DNA of 64,000 nucleotides from the human T2T-CHM13v2.0 reference genome, Homo sapiens. The notes below the pieces were generated by a model that made no database searches, was not told the DNA's origin, and was given only the letters and a program-made list of their open reading frames with translations. The stretch lies in assembly GCF_009914755.1 (NCBI RefSeq), contig NC_060925.1; one strand, written 5' to 3'. Shown piece after piece: positions 61,100 through 64,000 of this stretch. Every line of letters starts with the position of its first letter. The stretch's first letter is position 1. Both the position numbers and the translations under genes were made by a program.

Positions 61100-61699
61100 T
61101 AGCTAGTTGAATTACATAACATGTTTTAGGATACTAATTATGGCAGAAGCTTGATTTTTTATTTTCATTACAATGAATTATTTCCATTTTACTATCTCTA
61201 TAATGTACTTATTTTTTTATATAGTGACTTTCATTCTACCATTTTGAAAAACCATTGCATACCTTTTCTCTTACAATATGTACCCTTGGAAAAGTTGAGA
61301 ATTATACATCATTCCTCATAGAAAACTGACTTTTGTCCTGTTAAAACAGTATTTTTAAGTAATTTTTGTATTGCTCTGATGAGGCAGGCCAGATTAAATC
61401 AGAGAAGAATGTTTCATGGAATGTTCCAGAAAATTGTCTTATTTCTTCACTTTTGTGAGTGGACACAGAATCTGTGTCTATTTATTTCACAGATTCTAGG
61501 TTATCTTGTACAGAAAGGTCATTATACTATTCTTTTAAAAGTGCATGTTTTAGGTTAATTTGCAAACTATTTGAAAAGTTAGGTATTTTCTTTATCTTTT
61601 ATTTAAAATATACTATAAAACTGTGGAAATATTTAAATTTGAGATAACATGTACATCAAAAATTGAGAGTTGAGAAAATTATCTTGATCCTGCCTTTGG

Positions 61700-62210
61700 A
61701 TTTTAAAAACAATTTCACTGAGATAACATTCACATTTCAGAGAGTTCAACCATTTAAAATGTACAACTCAGTATCTATTAGTATATTCACAGCATTTTCA
61801 TCACCCTGAAAAGCAACCCCACATCTCCTAGGCATGACTGCAGCCTTCCTCCATGTCCCTCCACCTACCTCTGTTGTAGGCAACCACCATCTATCTACTT
61901 TTGTCTCCATATGTTTGCCTGTTCTGCTTATTTCATATACATAGAGTTATACAATACGTAGTCCTTTGTGACTGGCTTTTTCACTTAGCATAATGTTTTC
62001 AGAATTCATTTAGCATAATGTTTTAGCACACATTGGTAGTTTATTTCTTCTTATAGTTAAATGATATTCTATTCCATGGCTATACTGGTTTTCCATTCAT
62101 TCATCAGTTGATGGACCTTTAGGTTAGTTTCCACTTTTTAGCTCTTATGAAAAATGCTGCTGTGAACATTCACTTACAGGTTATTATGTGGACACGGGTT
62201 TTTATTTCTC
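61700..62210 (-). mobile_element. LINE-1 (L1MB-like) 3' end
   Basis: caaccatttaaaatgtacaactcagt, gtcctttgtgactggctttttcacttagcataatgttt, ccattcattcatcagttgatggac. Confidence 0.85.
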
Positions 62211-63284
62211 TGCCATTGGACTTTATCCTCAGAGTTAATTGGGCAGATTTCAGCACTTATCTTGCTCATGCTATTCTTTCTACCTTCTCAGTTTCTGTTC
62301 ATCTAGCCTCATTCACTCAGACGTGGCAGACAATTTATTGTTTTCATGAAGCTTTCTCTGACTGTTCTCTCATTGACCTTATGTGTTAGCAATCATTGTC
62401 TAGTCTGTGCAGAAAAACTTAGTTCTTAATTTTACATGGCTTTTTTTATGGAAGATAATTTTCTCTCATTATAAATTTGCTTAATGGGGGAATAATATAT
62501 AATATGTATGCCACCTATCCTTGCATACATTGAAAGTATTTTAGCTTAGAAGTTTGTAGCATACAATTCAATACTTTATACCATACCAATTATTTCTTCT
62601 TTGAGACCTTGACACAGTAAGGTTTATACTCTAAGTGTGTTTTTAGCAATTATATATCAAATCTAAACCAATTAGTTTAATACAGGAGACTTGTTAAATC
62701 ACATATTTATGTTTTTCTCTCTATGAAAAAGAATCTAAATTGGCCTTTTTTCACTATGCAGCAGAACTGTATTTCTGGACTGCTACCAGTTTGTCAGCTG
62801 AACAGTTCTGGGTGCAGCTTGTCCGATGACGGATAGCACAGCACCTCAATCTGAGTGCTCAGCAGAGTGATTGTGAAGGCAGCACCACAGCAACAGTTGC
62901 TCAGAGGGAACGGATTCAGGAGCCTTGATTTAGCAATAGAGTCCAGGGTTTTCAGCTCAGTGTCTTTAGCCTGTCTCTGCTGGTCATGTCAGTTATGTAC
63001 TATTCAATCCAGGAGGTGCTGTTTACATTGTAGTACATACATAGTCATTGCCTAATGAGTCATACAGAGAGAAAAGTAAGTTATAAATTATGTCCCCCAT
63101 TTGCTGCAACTCTCAGTGGTAAGAATGATTCAGTGCAGCTATAGGAGAGTACTTCCATTGGCATGCCACCTGCCTAAAATACACAATTTTGTTAAGATAT
63201 ACAATAAAATTATTATGCTAATAGCAAATATTTTATGTAGCTCACTATGTTCCACGTAGTCTTCTAAGTGTTTCGTGTTAGTCC

Positions 63285-63567
63285 CCAGTTAAACACCTGG
63301 TTTTGGAAGGCTGAAGCAGGAGGATCGTTTGAGCCCATGAGTATGAGACCAGCCAGAGCAATATAGTGAGACCCTGTCTCAAAAAAAAAAAAAAAAAATT
63401 AAACACTTATCTGAGGCATGGTGGTGCACGCCTGTAGTCCCAGCTACATTGGGAGGCTGTGGTAGGAGGGTCGTTTAAGCTTGGAATATTGAGGCTGCAG
63501 TGAACAGTGATCAAGCCACTGTGCTCCAGGCTGGGTAACAGAGGGAGACTCTGTCTCATAAATAAAA
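63285..63567 (+). mobile_element. Alu (J-like), 5'-eroded
   Basis: ttggaaggctgaagcaggaggatcgtttgagccc...gactctgtctc. Confidence 0.88.
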
Positions 63568-64000
63568 CGTTTTGTATAGATTCCCATAGAAGTGAGTTAG
63601 ACATCAGTCATAGAATTATTAGCCACTTTGATGTCTACCTTGGGAGTAAAACATATAATAAGGGGCAGCGTTAAACCATCTCAATCAATAGCCTCCAACT
63701 TCTCGAGAAGGTTCTTATTTCATGAATTTCTAAACAAGGGACTACCTGGATTAAGACATTTGGTGGACCCCATTTTGAGACGAAGAATCTTGAGTGAGAA
63801 GAAGGGAGATCTCTACTTACTGAAGCTTCCCAATGACATAGTTAAGTGTCCCCCAAAATAAACTTTAGAACAAGATTTTCATCATGCCATATCTCTATGG
63901 AAAAGGAATTTCTTTAAAAGAAAACAAAGGCAAACAATTGATAATATGATTCTCATGGGAAAGTTTTCATCATAAAAGAAAAAGAGGGCTGGGTGCCATG

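Overview
Primate (human or great-ape-like) nuclear DNA with no intact protein-coding gene. It is a mosaic typical of pericentromeric or acrocentric segmental duplications; the chromosome cannot be assigned from sequence alone. From 5' to 3': (1) ~1-18.8 kb is Alu/L1/LTR-dense and carries two tandem copies of the first coding exon of GTF2I/GTF2IRD2 (MAQVAVSTLP...), each with an in-frame EDEES repeat expansion. (2) ~18.8-27.7 kb is a SATR1/SATR2-like satellite of ~74-bp palindrome-rich monomers that changes orientation three times. It holds a 2.9-kb three-piece NUMT (inverted COX3-tRNA-Gly-ND3; tRNA-Ala..Tyr-COX1; 12S rRNA) inserted beside the centre of the monomer palindrome. (3) ~28-31.9 kb is an unprocessed ASNS fragment (5'UTR exon plus broken first coding exon). 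(4) ~32-64 kb is a 5'-truncated, intron-containing ANKRD20A-family pseudogene lacking the ankyrin exons, with a fossil CCDC144-type exon and an ANKRD18/26-type downstream exon. Gene, repeat-family and exon-number assignments come from my recall of reference sequences, not database searches; repeat boundaries are approximate (about +/-20 bp). I found no evidence for a new functional system. The best leads are the palindrome-linked rearrangements and NUMT capture in the satellite, and the co-oriented GTF2I/ASNS/ANKRD20A exon mosaic.
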